Source: an uncultured Candidatus Saccharibacteria bacterium (GTDB lineage: Bacteria > Patescibacteriota > Minisyncoccia > Phycocordibacterales > CSBR16-119). From it: 64,000 bases of DNA. The position numbers were made by a program, and so were the translations under genes. The number at the start of each line of letters is the position of its first letter. Position 1 is the stretch's first letter. The stretch is from assembly GCA_964589975.1 (NCBI GenBank), contig CAZPVH010000001.1:246851-310850 (forward strand), read 5' to 3'. This document shows, one piece after another, positions 18,006 through 27,202 of this stretch. The notes below the pieces were generated by a model. That model saw only the letters and a program-made list of their open reading frames with translations. It was not told where the DNA came from and ran no database searches.

Positions 18006-19262
18006 ATGTACGATCCATACAAAGACTTCAAGCGCTTTACCCTCCCGAATGGCGTGACAGTTTATCACTATTACGCCGACCGCCCTTGGGTCATGCTTCG
18101 AGCAAATGTGCATGTGGGGTGGAAAGATGACCCCGTCGGTCAAAGTGGCCTTGCGCATTTCGTCGAACACTTGGTCAGCAAAAATATCGAGGGCCACGAC
18201 TACCAAGAGACTCGAGACTTCTTCAAGCGTAATGGTGATCCGGTCAACTTTGGAGTAACCTTCTACGAATGTACTCAATATGGCTTTCGTATCATCTACA
18301 ATGAAACGAACTTTGCCAAAGCCCTCGACATCTTTGGACTGATGCTACTCGGAGCAAAACTTGAAAACCAAGTTGATCTTCAGCGAAGTGTGATTAACCG
18401 AGAATTTTATCGTGATCATACACCGCGACATGGTGTCGATTGGCGGATGGAAGTATGCCGCAGCATGTTCAAGGGGCACTTTCTGGAAAACCACACGACA
18501 GGACTTGGTATTCCTGAACACTTCATGGCAATCACAAAGCAATCGCTTCAAGATTTCTATGACAAATACTATGTGCCGAGCAACATCAGTATAGTTGTCT
18601 GCGGTGGTATCGAGAGAGAAGATCTAGAGAAACGCCTGCGGGACAGCATGCTCGGGATGCTCGGAAATAATCTAGGTGGCAGAAATGGATTACCAGAGAC
18701 TCCGTGGAAAATTGTTCGTCCCGAGACAAACCTCATAATCAAACACCTCTCGGACGTTCACAAAGATAAAGTGGAGCAGACGACCTATACTGCAACATGG
18801 GCGTTACCAACTAGTCTTCGTGAAGAAAATGTCGGTATCACCACAAGAGTGTTACGTCATCTACTCATGAAGGAAATTCGTGAGAAGCTTGGCGGTACGT
18901 ACGATGTCAGTGTCAATTACGCCTGGTGGCAAGACATGATGAGTCTTTCCATACAGACGAAGGTCGGCGAATCAATGACTGACAGTGTAGACATTATGGT
19001 TCGCAAATGCATCGATGATCTGCGAATGTCTCAGGATGTCTTTGACCTTGAAAAGGAATCACGACTCATCAGATATTCACTGATTGAACACTGGCCAAGA
19101 AAGATCTGTGATGTGGCTATCAAGGATATCGGTAAGCATCAACGCATCGTGACCCTGATGGAAGATCTTCGAGATGACATGGCCCTTACTCACGAAGATA
19201 TGTGTGTGGTGGCTGATCATCTTTCGGTCGAGCAACAGTGTACGCTCATCATCACGCCTTGA
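18006..19262 (+). CDS. M16-family zinc peptidase (pitrilysin/insulinase-like)
   Basis: Inverted zinc motif HFVEH. Start reset to MYDPYKDF at 18006, downstream of a TTGTCA-N17-TATTGT promoter. Confidence 0.8.
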   Translation: MYDPYKDFKRFTLPNGVTVYHYYADRPWVMLRANVHVGWKDDPVGQSGLAHFVEHLVSKNIEGHDYQETRDFFKRNGDPVNFGVTFYECTQYGFRIIYNETNFAKALDIFGLMLLGAKLENQVDLQRSVINREFYRDHTPRHGVDWRMEVCRSMFKGHFLENHTTGLGIPEHFMAITKQSLQDFYDKYYVPSNISIVVCGGIEREDLEKRLRDSMLGMLGNNLGGRNGLPETPWKIVRPETNLIIKHLSDVHKDKVEQTTYTATWALPTSLREENVGITTRVLRHLLMKEIREKLGGTYDVSVNYAWWQDMMSLSIQTKVGESMTDSVDIMVRKCIDDLRMSQDVFDLEKESRLIRYSLIEHWPRKICDVAIKDIGKHQRIVTLMEDLRDDMALTHEDMCVVADHLSVEQQCTLIITP

Positions 19263-19274
19263 AACACATGAACG

Positions 19275-19312
19275 ATAAAGACCGCCAGCAAGCTGGCGGT
19301 CTTTCTCTTTGG
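19275..19312 (+). terminator. rho-independent terminator
   Basis: GACCGCCAGCAAGCTGGCGGTC hairpin followed by TTTCTCTTT. Confidence 0.6.
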
Positions 19313-19319
19313 GTTCTTC

Positions 19320-20210
19320 TTAACGTACTGGCTTCTTCCAACAGTCGGTGCCGAGATACCCGACGAAGATCGGCTGCGTGAGAAATGGTCGCGCAACCAC
19401 AGCCAGGAATGGTCGATCAATGGTGTGTGGTTTTGGAGCATCCAAGCTGATACCTCGCGATATCATCATCGCGACAGCACTCTCAACTTTTGCGCCGACA
19501 TGATCCATGCAGAACTTCGTCTGCTGGACGGCTTGGGTGATCACCGCAATACGTCCATCCCTTCCGAAGGTCGAGAGGCCAATCAGCCAGCCGAGATCCG
19601 GTTGCAAATCGAGATCGATCATCGGAAAGATCACGCCTGGATACTGCTGGAGGCTCGGCTTCGTTCCGCTCATGATACGTAGAGCAAACCCGTTGAGCTC
19701 TTCCTCCGCCACGGCCTCGTCGGTCATGGTGAGGTACACAACGTCGCCTGAAACCGTCTCGATCCTCACGATCGGTTCGAAGTGGTCCGGGAGCTCAAGG
19801 AATTCAATTCCTTTTTTGAGCAGCACGGCCGGAAACATCCGGTCCGTATTTTGGAGACGGACACCCGTCTCGATTCCCTTCTCGAGCCATTCGAGCATAA
19901 GCTTCAAGACGCTGGCAATGCCGATCTCTCCCGCAGCTCCAGTTGGTTTGAGTTCGATCACAAACCCACGGTCCCGGAGGAACCTGTTTACTGTGGCAAT
20001 GTCCTGCGAGGCGATGCTCTCAAGTTCAGGCATGTCGGATACTTCATCGCGACCGGGCGCGAAAGCGAGCTCGATGAATTGGTGCTGAACTTCATCAAGG
20101 GCTTTCCAAGGCCGATGTGGTCCAAGTTCCTTTTCGGCAGCCACAAGGGCGCCAACGATCGGATAGACGACAGATGTTGCGGTATTGGTCTTTGTTTGCG
20201 CGGCTTCCAT
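19320..20210 (-). CDS. hypothetical protein (296 aa), GC-rich island gene
   Basis: Preceded by a repeated promoter/5'UTR module. The C-terminus has a faint serpin-like motif that was not trusted. Confidence 0.5.
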   Translation of the reverse strand: MEAAQTKTNTATSVVYPIVGALVAAEKELGPHRPWKALDEVQHQFIELAFAPGRDEVSDMPELESIASQDIATVNRFLRDRGFVIELKPTGAAGEIGIASVLKLMLEWLEKGIETGVRLQNTDRMFPAVLLKKGIEFLELPDHFEPIVRIETVSGDVVYLTMTDEAVAEEELNGFALRIMSGTKPSLQQYPGVIFPMIDLDLQPDLGWLIGLSTFGRDGRIAVITQAVQQTKFCMDHVGAKVESAVAMMISRGISLDAPKPHTIDRPFLAVVARPFLTQPIFVGYLGTDCWKKPVR

Positions 20211-20300
20211 CTTTTGGTTTTTTGAGGTTCTGGAAGTTTGGTTTTTTCTGATGTGATATTACTTAAATTATTTCAAAAGTCAATATGCGTACATATCCCA
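20211..20300 (-). promoter_or_regulatory. repeated promoter/5'UTR module, copy 1 (TTGACT-N16-TAATAT plus a leader with two AAAAAACCAAA boxes)
   Basis: About 90% identical to 22059-22140 over roughly 80 bp. Confidence 0.65.
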
Positions 20301-20348
20301 TAAATATCAAAGGCCGGCAGCTTACGCTGCCGGCCTTTTGCCATATGG

Positions 20349-20609
20349 TCAGATGACCCTGAGGACATGCATCGTGGACGGGAAACCGCTTGGCACCCGT
20401 TGGCTCACATTCATTGCGGTCACATCATCGGTCTTCTTGAAGAGCCATGAACTGCCTCGGAATCCCCCGTGGCCACTGTTGTCACCTGGAAGCGGCATGC
20501 TGATGAAGCGCTCTCCGACTTTCAGCTCACCGAAGCTGAGAGTTTCGAAGAACACCTCCGGTAATTCCATCCATCGCTTTTTGAGCGAAGGTGTCGTCTT
20601 TGTTTCCAT
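20349..20609 (-). CDS. hypothetical protein (86 aa)
   Basis: Preceded by AAAAAACCAAAACA-ATG. A hairpin terminator follows it at 20311-20340. Confidence 0.4.
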   Translation of the reverse strand: METKTTPSLKKRWMELPEVFFETLSFGELKVGERFISMPLPGDNSGHGGFRGSSWLFKKTDDVTAMNVSQRVPSGFPSTMHVLRVI

Positions 20610-20631
20610 TGTTTTGGTTTTTTGGTTTGAC

Positions 20632-20997
20632 CTACGGAATGCTGACGGTGTACTTGATGCGATGCGTTTCTTCAGAAAAAGTGATGATCACTGCATTTCG
20701 CCAAGCTTGCCTAAGCTCTGCAAAGGCGGCCTTGACCTGTCTGGCGTTCTTCAACTTGTATGGGTTGTCGTCATAGTAAAGCGTTCTACCTGATTTCCCA
20801 TATTTGAAGAGGTCGCCGATGATGTCTTCTTCTTTGAGAAGTCGAGAAACGGAAGCTGGCGCAGACTCACGTAGCGATCGCTTGAGAAGTTCTTCTTCCC
20901 TATCAATTCGCTGTACTGCAGCCTGAAAATCCGCAAAGACGCTGAGTCTGGTAGACCGAGCGACCTGAAGAGACGTGGTATCAATTACTCCTGCCAT
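20632..20997 (-). CDS. hypothetical protein (121 aa)
   Basis: Own copy of the TTGACT promoter/leader at 20998-21075. Confidence 0.45.
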   Translation of the reverse strand: MAGVIDTTSLQVARSTRLSVFADFQAAVQRIDREEELLKRSLRESAPASVSRLLKEEDIIGDLFKYGKSGRTLYYDDNPYKLKNARQVKAAFAELRQAWRNAVIITFSEETHRIKYTVSIP

Positions 20998-21075
20998 CGT
21001 TGCTGTTAGATGTTGCTGTTTTTGAGGTGCTGTCGGTTAGGACAATACCAGATTTAATATAAAAGTCAATATAAG
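20998..21075 (-). promoter_or_regulatory. repeated promoter/5'UTR module, divergent copy
   Basis: TATTGACTTTTATATT... and a CCTCAAAAAC leader shared with the other copies. Confidence 0.5.
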
Positions 21076-21266
21076 CCTACGTAAGGGTGTGAGATGATAA
21101 TTTAAAGTTGTGACCCTAAGAGTTGGCTTTCCGAACTTACGAAAAGCTACTCTTTGATTAAAACAAGTATAGCTGATTTCCGGAGTTTAGGGTTAGTTTA
21201 TTCAAAATAAAGCAATACAGGCGCCCCCTTTCGGAAGCGCCTGCAAAGTTACTTGTGTGTCAGTAG

Positions 21267-22058
21267 TCAAACAGCCACGCCATTAAGTTCCGCGATGATA
21301 GGAACTTGTTGTTTGTGGAAGTTGACCACCTCGATAGCTCTTCGTATGTAAGCCTCCTGGTTTACAGTCAGCTCGTCATCGGTAAGAGGCTCGATACTGC
21401 CCTTGAGGATCTTCTTAGCAAGTCCTCCAGAAAGGAGTTCGGTAAAAGCGGTGTCTTCTCCACGCTCAAGCATTCCTCGTAGTCCGTAGAAGTCAGAACG
21501 CTTGAAAAGCATCTCCTGATTGGTGGTGCGGAAATAGTGACCGCCATTTCCACCATCATACGTCCACTGAATGTTTGAATGACAGTGCATCACCCAGTCC
21601 CAACCAGGACAAAGCATCTTGGCTGAGATCCAGTCATATTCCACCTTACTCCTGTCCTTCGCCCCACCGATGTAGATCATGATCTCGTCACCGACTTTGA
21701 AGTGTTTGACGCCGCGGAATCGTGGGAGAACGAACTTTTTCTCATCTGCTTTTGCATGAAGTCGCTTAAGCAGTTTTACAAGTTCGCCCATGTTGTACTG
21801 GACCAGATTGTTACGCGCACTTTTTGCCAGGGCTTCCTCGATGAGAAGGTTCGACTTTCGTTTCTTCTTCTTCAAACTTCTCACTTCTTCTCGGACATCT
21901 TCAAGTTCTTGATATGCTTCGATGATGTGTTCCGAGGCACGAGAAGAAATGGCCTCGATATTAGCGACTCCGAGCGTCTTACTGACTGCCGGAAGTACGA
22001 TCGTAGGTAGTGAGAAAACGACACTTGCGTAGTCCCACAAGTCTTGTTGTTTGGGCAT
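21267..22058 (-). CDS. hypothetical protein (263 aa)
   Basis: Driven by promoter/leader copy 2. A hairpin terminator follows its stop. Confidence 0.5.
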   Translation of the reverse strand: MPKQQDLWDYASVVFSLPTIVLPAVSKTLGVANIEAISSRASEHIIEAYQELEDVREEVRSLKKKKRKSNLLIEEALAKSARNNLVQYNMGELVKLLKRLHAKADEKKFVLPRFRGVKHFKVGDEIMIYIGGAKDRSKVEYDWISAKMLCPGWDWVMHCHSNIQWTYDGGNGGHYFRTTNQEMLFKRSDFYGLRGMLERGEDTAFTELLSGGLAKKILKGSIEPLTDDELTVNQEAYIRRAIEVVNFHKQQVPIIAELNGVAV

Positions 22059-22140
22059 GGTTTGGTTTTTTGAGGTTCTGGAATTGGTTTTTTCTGATGT
22101 GATATTACTTAAATAGTAGGAAAAGTCAATGTTCTGAAAT
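22059..22140 (-). promoter_or_regulatory. repeated promoter/5'UTR module, copy 2
   Basis: Near-identical to 20211-20300. Confidence 0.65.
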
Positions 22141-22214
22141 CATCTAAATTCTTGATTTAATAGCCTATTTTATGTATTCTAATCAGGTCTTTGGGCGTTT
22201 TAAAGCGTCTAAAT

Positions 22215-22289
22215 GGCCCTATCGTCTAACGGTTAGGACGGATCCTTCTCAAGGATTAAATCGGGGTTCGATTCCCCGTAGGGTCACCA
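22215..22289 (+). tRNA. tRNA-Glu (anticodon CUC), CCA encoded
   Basis: Cloverleaf folded by hand: 7 bp acceptor stem, 8 nt D-loop, anticodon loop TTCTCAA, T-loop TTCGATT, 3' CCA. Confidence 0.85.
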
Positions 22290-22344
22290 ATGTTTGTTAG
22301 GTAGCAGTTACGTAAAATAATCTATATTCGGAATCTATCCCATG

Positions 22345-23691
22345 TCAGGAATCTTTATTATTTTTATAATCAAGCCCTTCTCTCTTTATGTTGTTTCGCC
22401 TTCTGGATAGTGATCTAATTTGTTTCTCAATTTTAATATTTTTGAACATTGATAGACTTTTTTTCAGATAATTACTTTTTATCTTGCTTCTCTTACGTAA
22501 GACCGGTTTAAATTTATAGGAAGTATTACCTAACATTTTTTGTACCTTATTTTCCTGCCTGTCTCGCAATTTACCTAAACTTTTCTTCCTCATTAGAATT
22601 TTATCTCCATAGAATTCAAAACCTAAATAATCGATATATTTTCTTCTTTTTAACTTACCATCCCCATCTGTTACTTTTGTTATTATATTTTTATTTAAAT
22701 AAGAAATATTCGTCTTGCCTGGCTGAATCTTGAGATGATTCGTTTTAATTTTTTCTAATAAGAATGTATAAATTTCTTCCTTTTCTGCTTCGGAACAGAC
22801 AATAAAAATATCATCACTATATCTTCTATAAAAAGAATCGGGGAAATTTTTTTTGAACGCCAAATCAAATTCATACATATATATGTTTGAAAATAGTCCA
22901 CTTATAGGACTGCCTTGTGGAATACCAATATTACTTTTACTCTTTTTTATGTAATTTTTTAGTTTTAAATAAACATTTGGGGTACCTTTTTTATTTCTTA
23001 GAACATGCCTTATGTCTGTTTTTTTAAAATCTGGATAGTAATTTATATATTTATATCTTGTAAGGGATTTGTAAATTTTATAAATTAGTGGACCTAACCT
23101 ATTTACAGATAAAATATTTTCTAGATTATTTTTTAGTAAAATATGATTTAATTCATCAAAAAACTTTGTTATATCTGCAGTTATTACTACACATGACTCA
23201 TGTTTTTTTATTTCTTGGAATGCCTCTGATGCAAAATGAATATTGCATTTATTTTTTTGCGGATTCTCTAATGTTGGTACTTTTCTATAAGCAGTTATGG
23301 ATCTATCTATATGATTTGCTTTTATTTTTTTATCATAAAACTCATATACCAGATAATTATAGTAACTGTAAATATACGAGTCGAGATTAGATGCATACAT
23401 TATCGGTCTTTGCTTTTTACTTTTTTGTTTTTCTCTATAAAGACAGCTTTTTATGCAATTTTTCCCAAGCTCAAGTCTTCCACAGTTACATTCTTTGCGT
23501 CTATATCTTATTTCTATGTTGACTCTTTTTATAAAAGGCAGAAATTGATGATTAGTTAAATTTCTAATCGATTTTTCAATTTTTTTTATGTCTTCGTCTC
23601 TATTAAGATCGATTTTGACATCAAAATGTTTATACATTTTGATGTCTTTTTTCTCCTTTAATCCCTGTACCCATTCATCAAACTTATACAT
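22345..23691 (-). CDS. reverse transcriptase (retron/Abi/unclassified-group type), very AT-rich
   Basis: RT motifs ADITKFFD (A/3), GIPQGSPISGLFSNIYM (B/4), YRRYSDD (C/5), KTNI (6), YLGFEF (7). N-terminal about 100 aa extension with CxC-x8-C-x3-C. Basic C-terminal tail. Confidence 0.85.
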   Translation of the reverse strand: MYKFDEWVQGLKEKKDIKMYKHFDVKIDLNRDEDIKKIEKSIRNLTNHQFLPFIKRVNIEIRYRRKECNCGRLELGKNCIKSCLYREKQKSKKQRPIMYASNLDSYIYSYYNYLVYEFYDKKIKANHIDRSITAYRKVPTLENPQKNKCNIHFASEAFQEIKKHESCVVITADITKFFDELNHILLKNNLENILSVNRLGPLIYKIYKSLTRYKYINYYPDFKKTDIRHVLRNKKGTPNVYLKLKNYIKKSKSNIGIPQGSPISGLFSNIYMYEFDLAFKKNFPDSFYRRYSDDIFIVCSEAEKEEIYTFLLEKIKTNHLKIQPGKTNISYLNKNIITKVTDGDGKLKRRKYIDYLGFEFYGDKILMRKKSLGKLRDRQENKVQKMLGNTSYKFKPVLRKRSKIKSNYLKKSLSMFKNIKIEKQIRSLSRRRNNIKREGLDYKNNKDS

Positions 23692-23696
23692 ATGTT

Positions 23697-24057
23697 AAAA
23701 CGAAAAAACCCGTCTACTTTAATACAAGCCGTAATTAAAGACGTAAACGGGTTTCTATCATACTATTCATTACCCTATAAACAAGTTGAGCTTGTAAATG
23801 GGTTCCGGTGTTATATATTTGCCGGGGCTTGGATCAAATTATGTTAATATCATGATAAGTCAAATAATTCAGTTCCTCTTAGGTGTAAACCTGCGAGATG
23901 AACTATCGGCTTTAGCAGAATATTATTATTCATTTGTTTGTTGGGTCTCGTGTTATTCACACGGAGATTTGCAAACAATCATAAATATTTTTTCTAGCTC
24001 ATCTAAATAGGAGAAATCATTGCGAATAGTCGAATAAATAACCCTAAAAAAGCTAGT
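23697..24057 (-). ncRNA. candidate structured leader/ncRNA of the RT locus (about 330 nt)
   Basis: TTGCCA-N16-TATAAT promoter on the minus strand at about 24064-24091. Several stem-loops. Strong hairpin plus U6 (23697-23750) immediately before the RT ATG. Confidence 0.35.
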
Positions 24058-24115
24058 AAAAATATTATACAGGACACGCCACTTTTGGCAAAATTTAGTG
24101 TGGTAAGATTGCTTA

Positions 24116-24676
24116 ATGAAATTCCGTTATATTATTTTTGCTTTTATTCTCTTCTGCGCTTGGCTAGTACTCTCTATCATTCGCTATGCGGATAATTCCG
24201 AGGCGGCTGGTGACAGCGCCATAGTGCTCGGCGCCGCCGCGTGGAACGGAAAGCCGTCTCCGGTTTTCAAGGCACGCATAGATCACGCTATAGAGCTTTA
24301 TAAAGAGGGCTCTGTTCAGAAAATATATTTTACTGGTGGGACTGACTATGCCGACCAAACATCTGAAGCTGAAACTGCTCGTAACTATGCGGTGGAGCGT
24401 GGCGTTAATGTAGCCGATACTGAAATGGAGACGAAATCCCAAACCACCATGGGTAATCTCATGAACATCTCTCCGCTTATATCTCCTGCAGAAAAAGTAT
24501 TAATTGTTACTGACCCACTCCACGAATACCGAGCCGTACGAATGGCAAAGAGACTCGGCATGGACGCTCACCCATCGCCCACACCGTACACAAAATATGA
24601 GTCAGTGAAAACACAGATTCCATTCCTCATCCGTGAGACATATTTCATGATTATATTTTGGCTGTTCGGAATCTAG
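24116..24676 (+). CDS. DUF218 (YdcF/SanA/ElyC-like) family protein
   Basis: N-terminal TM, then a DUF218-like core (VLGAA ... GG). Confidence 0.6.
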   Translation: MKFRYIIFAFILFCAWLVLSIIRYADNSEAAGDSAIVLGAAAWNGKPSPVFKARIDHAIELYKEGSVQKIYFTGGTDYADQTSEAETARNYAVERGVNVADTEMETKSQTTMGNLMNISPLISPAEKVLIVTDPLHEYRAVRMAKRLGMDAHPSPTPYTKYESVKTQIPFLIRETYFMIIFWLFGI

Positions 24677-24677
24677 T

Positions 24678-25022
24678 ATGAAAAGAATTATTTTAAAAAC
24701 CTTATTAGTAACTTTTATTTTGATCTTGATCCTCTCGCTTTATTCATTATTCCGGATTAGAAAGGGTGCTCCCGTTATGTATATAAAAAGTCTTCCCGGA
24801 TCCCTCATGGCGACAACTATTCCACCACTCGGCATATTTATCGAGGAGAAATATATTGACGAAGGAGACGGCAAAGGATCCATCCTCGGCCACGAACGCA
24901 TACACTGGCTCCAATATCAAGAGCGAGGACTTTTGGGATTTTACTCCGCCTATATCTCTGGATGGCTAAAAGACGGCAGGTTGTATAATGAATTAGAATA
25001 TGACGCTAGAAATAGAAATTAA
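24678..25022 (+). CDS. small membrane protein with an HExxH motif (putative metallopeptidase-like)
   Basis: TM helix followed by HERIH. Confidence 0.4.
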   Translation: MKRIILKTLLVTFILILILSLYSLFRIRKGAPVMYIKSLPGSLMATTIPPLGIFIEEKYIDEGDGKGSILGHERIHWLQYQERGLLGFYSAYISGWLKDGRLYNELEYDARNRN

Positions 25023-25025
25023 TTT

Positions 25026-25400
25026 ATGAAATCAAAACCAGCAACAATCTCCGAATACATCGCGGCGGCGCCGAAAGAGGCACAGGCAAAACTAAAACAA
25101 ATAAGAGCTGCGATCAAAGCCGGGGCTCCCGGCGCAAAAGAGGGTCTCAAGTGGTCCATGCCGGCATTTTCGTATGATCGGATACTAGTCACGTTCGCGG
25201 CGTTCAAGAATCACATTGGATTCTATCCTACTCCCGGAGCCATAAAGGCATTTTCAAAAGATCTGTCTAAATTCAAAACCTCAAAAGGTGGCATCCAATT
25301 CCCTTTGGATAAGCCATTGCCGCTACCCCTTATAAAAAAGATTGCCGCCTTCCGAGCCAAAGAGCTTAAAATGAAAGATAAAAAATGGAAAACAAAATAA
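25026..25400 (+). CDS. DUF1801 (YdhG/YdeI-like) domain protein
   Basis: ISEYIAAAPKEAQAKLKQIRAAIK ... KWSMPAF pattern. Confidence 0.6.
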   Translation: MKSKPATISEYIAAAPKEAQAKLKQIRAAIKAGAPGAKEGLKWSMPAFSYDRILVTFAAFKNHIGFYPTPGAIKAFSKDLSKFKTSKGGIQFPLDKPLPLPLIKKIAAFRAKELKMKDKKWKTK

Positions 25401-25447
25401 TTGCCATTATCTTAACTTTTATATAAAATCCCTTTAAAAGAACCAGC

Positions 25448-26038
25448 ATGAATGTAATATTCGCAACGCGAAACCCAGAAAAGACAACACAGATAAAAGC
25501 CCTCTTCGCCGGATCGCTAATCCAGGTCCAATCCATGGAAGAAGCAAACCTTGTGGGGGACGCGATAGAGGACGGTACAACTCTGGCTGAGAATTCCGAG
25601 AAAAAGGTCCAGTTCGCCCGCCTCCAAGACACTTCATCATGGATCATGGCTGACGACACCGGATTTTTCATCAATGCACTAAACGGCGCTCCCGGCATAC
25701 ACGCTGCCCGTTGGGCCGGTGATGTCTCCACAGAGGAAATAACCACTTACACGCTCAACAGAATGAGCGGTGAGATCGACAGGTCAGCGTCATTTGAAAC
25801 TGTAGCGGTAGTTCTTTCACCAGCCGGAGAACTTTATTACTTCTCAGGCAAGTGCGAAGGAGAACTCTTGGAGGCTCCACGTTGCAAGCCGCAGCCAAAG
25901 ATGCCATACAGCGGTATCTTTATCCCAAAGGGATTCGATAAGGTTTGGGCTCAAATGAGCACCGAAGAGGAGAATGGGATTTCCCACCGAGGCAAAGCCT
26001 TCCGTACCGCGCTTGAGTTCCTGAAGACACAGCTCTAA
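25448..26038 (+). CDS. rdgB: non-canonical purine NTP pyrophosphatase (Ham1/RdgB)
   Basis: 196 aa with an ITPase-family fold pattern. Confidence 0.8.
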   Translation: MNVIFATRNPEKTTQIKALFAGSLIQVQSMEEANLVGDAIEDGTTLAENSEKKVQFARLQDTSSWIMADDTGFFINALNGAPGIHAARWAGDVSTEEITTYTLNRMSGEIDRSASFETVAVVLSPAGELYYFSGKCEGELLEAPRCKPQPKMPYSGIFIPKGFDKVWAQMSTEEENGISHRGKAFRTALEFLKTQL

Positions 26039-26126
26039 AAAGATCACCCGCCAGAAATTGGCGGGTTTTCCTTATTTCCCGAGAGGATTGTATCACCTTT
26101 CCCTATGAGCTATACTGCTTTTACTT

Positions 26127-27167
26127 ATGAAGTGGCTAGAAAAAGGTAGTTTTCTGCGTAGCTCGAAGGTCCTTATGGGACTTGTTTTCTTACTCGGGTT
26201 TGCCATTGGTCTCTTTTTGACACCACCACAAAAGATGACAAGAAACGAAGCCACTCAAGCGGTTCGGGAGGACTCTTCTGAATATTCCTTCATTAACCCT
26301 CTCCTCTTTACACTTGGCGGAGAGAGCCTCCTGCCAGAATATCAACCTCTAAAAAATATTATTAATAACTATATTCATTCTGCCATTTCCGAGGAAGAAA
26401 TATCCGACGTTTCGGTTTATTTTCGAAATTTAAATTCTGCTCAGTGGATCTCGGTCAACATGGATGAAACTTATAGTCCAGCAAGCATGCTAAAAGTTGT
26501 GACACTTATGGGTATCATGCGAGCAGCTGAATCTGACCAGGATCTTTTAAAGGAACAGCTCTTCATCACTGGTAGTGACAAGGCGCTTGTAGAAGGACAA
26601 CAGCGATACCCTGTCGAAGACCCGATTAGAAGCGGACATAGTTACGATGTAAAGACTCTAATAGATCATCTCATCATAGACTCGGACAACGTTGCAAACG
26701 TCGCACTCATAAATAGAATTGGTGAGGACAAAATAAATAAAATTTACGAGGACATGCAACTTCATCTACCCTCGGTCATGGACAAGGGCTACACCGCAGA
26801 GGAATATTCGCATCTTTTCCGTACACTATATAATTCCACATACTTGTCACGTTCTGTGTCTGAGGAAGTTTTAAAACTTTTGAGTATAACGAAATTTAAT
26901 AAGGGGTTAGTTGCCGGCGTCCCCAAAAATATTACGGTCTCCCACAAATTTGGTAGCCGAACGGGTAATCCAAATCCATCAACCACTGACGGCAATCTCT
27001 CCATAAACGAACGCGAACTTCACGACTGTGGAATCGTATATTATCCAGACAATCCATACTTCCTCTGCATCATGACTCGCGGAAGTAACTTTGAGCATTT
27101 GGAAAAATCTATCAGTGACATCTCTAGATTAGTTTGGGATTACTTCGACAAACATTTGGCTGATTAG
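26127..27167 (+). CDS. membrane-anchored serine hydrolase (class A beta-lactamase/PBP-like)
   Basis: SxxK (SPASMLK), SDN (DSDN) and KxG-like (KFGS) motifs. Confidence 0.6.
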   Translation: MKWLEKGSFLRSSKVLMGLVFLLGFAIGLFLTPPQKMTRNEATQAVREDSSEYSFINPLLFTLGGESLLPEYQPLKNIINNYIHSAISEEEISDVSVYFRNLNSAQWISVNMDETYSPASMLKVVTLMGIMRAAESDQDLLKEQLFITGSDKALVEGQQRYPVEDPIRSGHSYDVKTLIDHLIIDSDNVANVALINRIGEDKINKIYEDMQLHLPSVMDKGYTAEEYSHLFRTLYNSTYLSRSVSEEVLKLLSITKFNKGLVAGVPKNITVSHKFGSRTGNPNPSTTDGNLSINERELHDCGIVYYPDNPYFLCIMTRGSNFEHLEKSISDISRLVWDYFDKHLAD

Positions 27168-27202
27168 CGCTCAAAAGCCCCGCGTGAGCGGGGCTTTCGT
27201 CT

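Noticed and set aside
19320-20210. Serpin-like C-terminal motifs (PxF...GAKVESAVAMM...DRPFLAVV...PIFVGYL) in the 296-aa island protein
   Set aside because: The N-terminal two thirds lack the serpin core (no NxxFSPxSI). The protein is about 80 to 100 aa too short. The resemblance is limited to short motifs and may be coincidental.
23798-24010. 70-aa plus-strand ORF inside the RT upstream leader
   Set aside because: Opposite strand to the RT and its promoter, no start context, lies within the stem-loop-rich region. More likely a chance ORF in a non-coding leader.
22215-24110. Direct repeat of the tRNA-Glu 3' end marking island boundaries (att sites)
   Set aside because: No second copy of GATTCCCCGTAGGGTCACCA was found within the window on either side.
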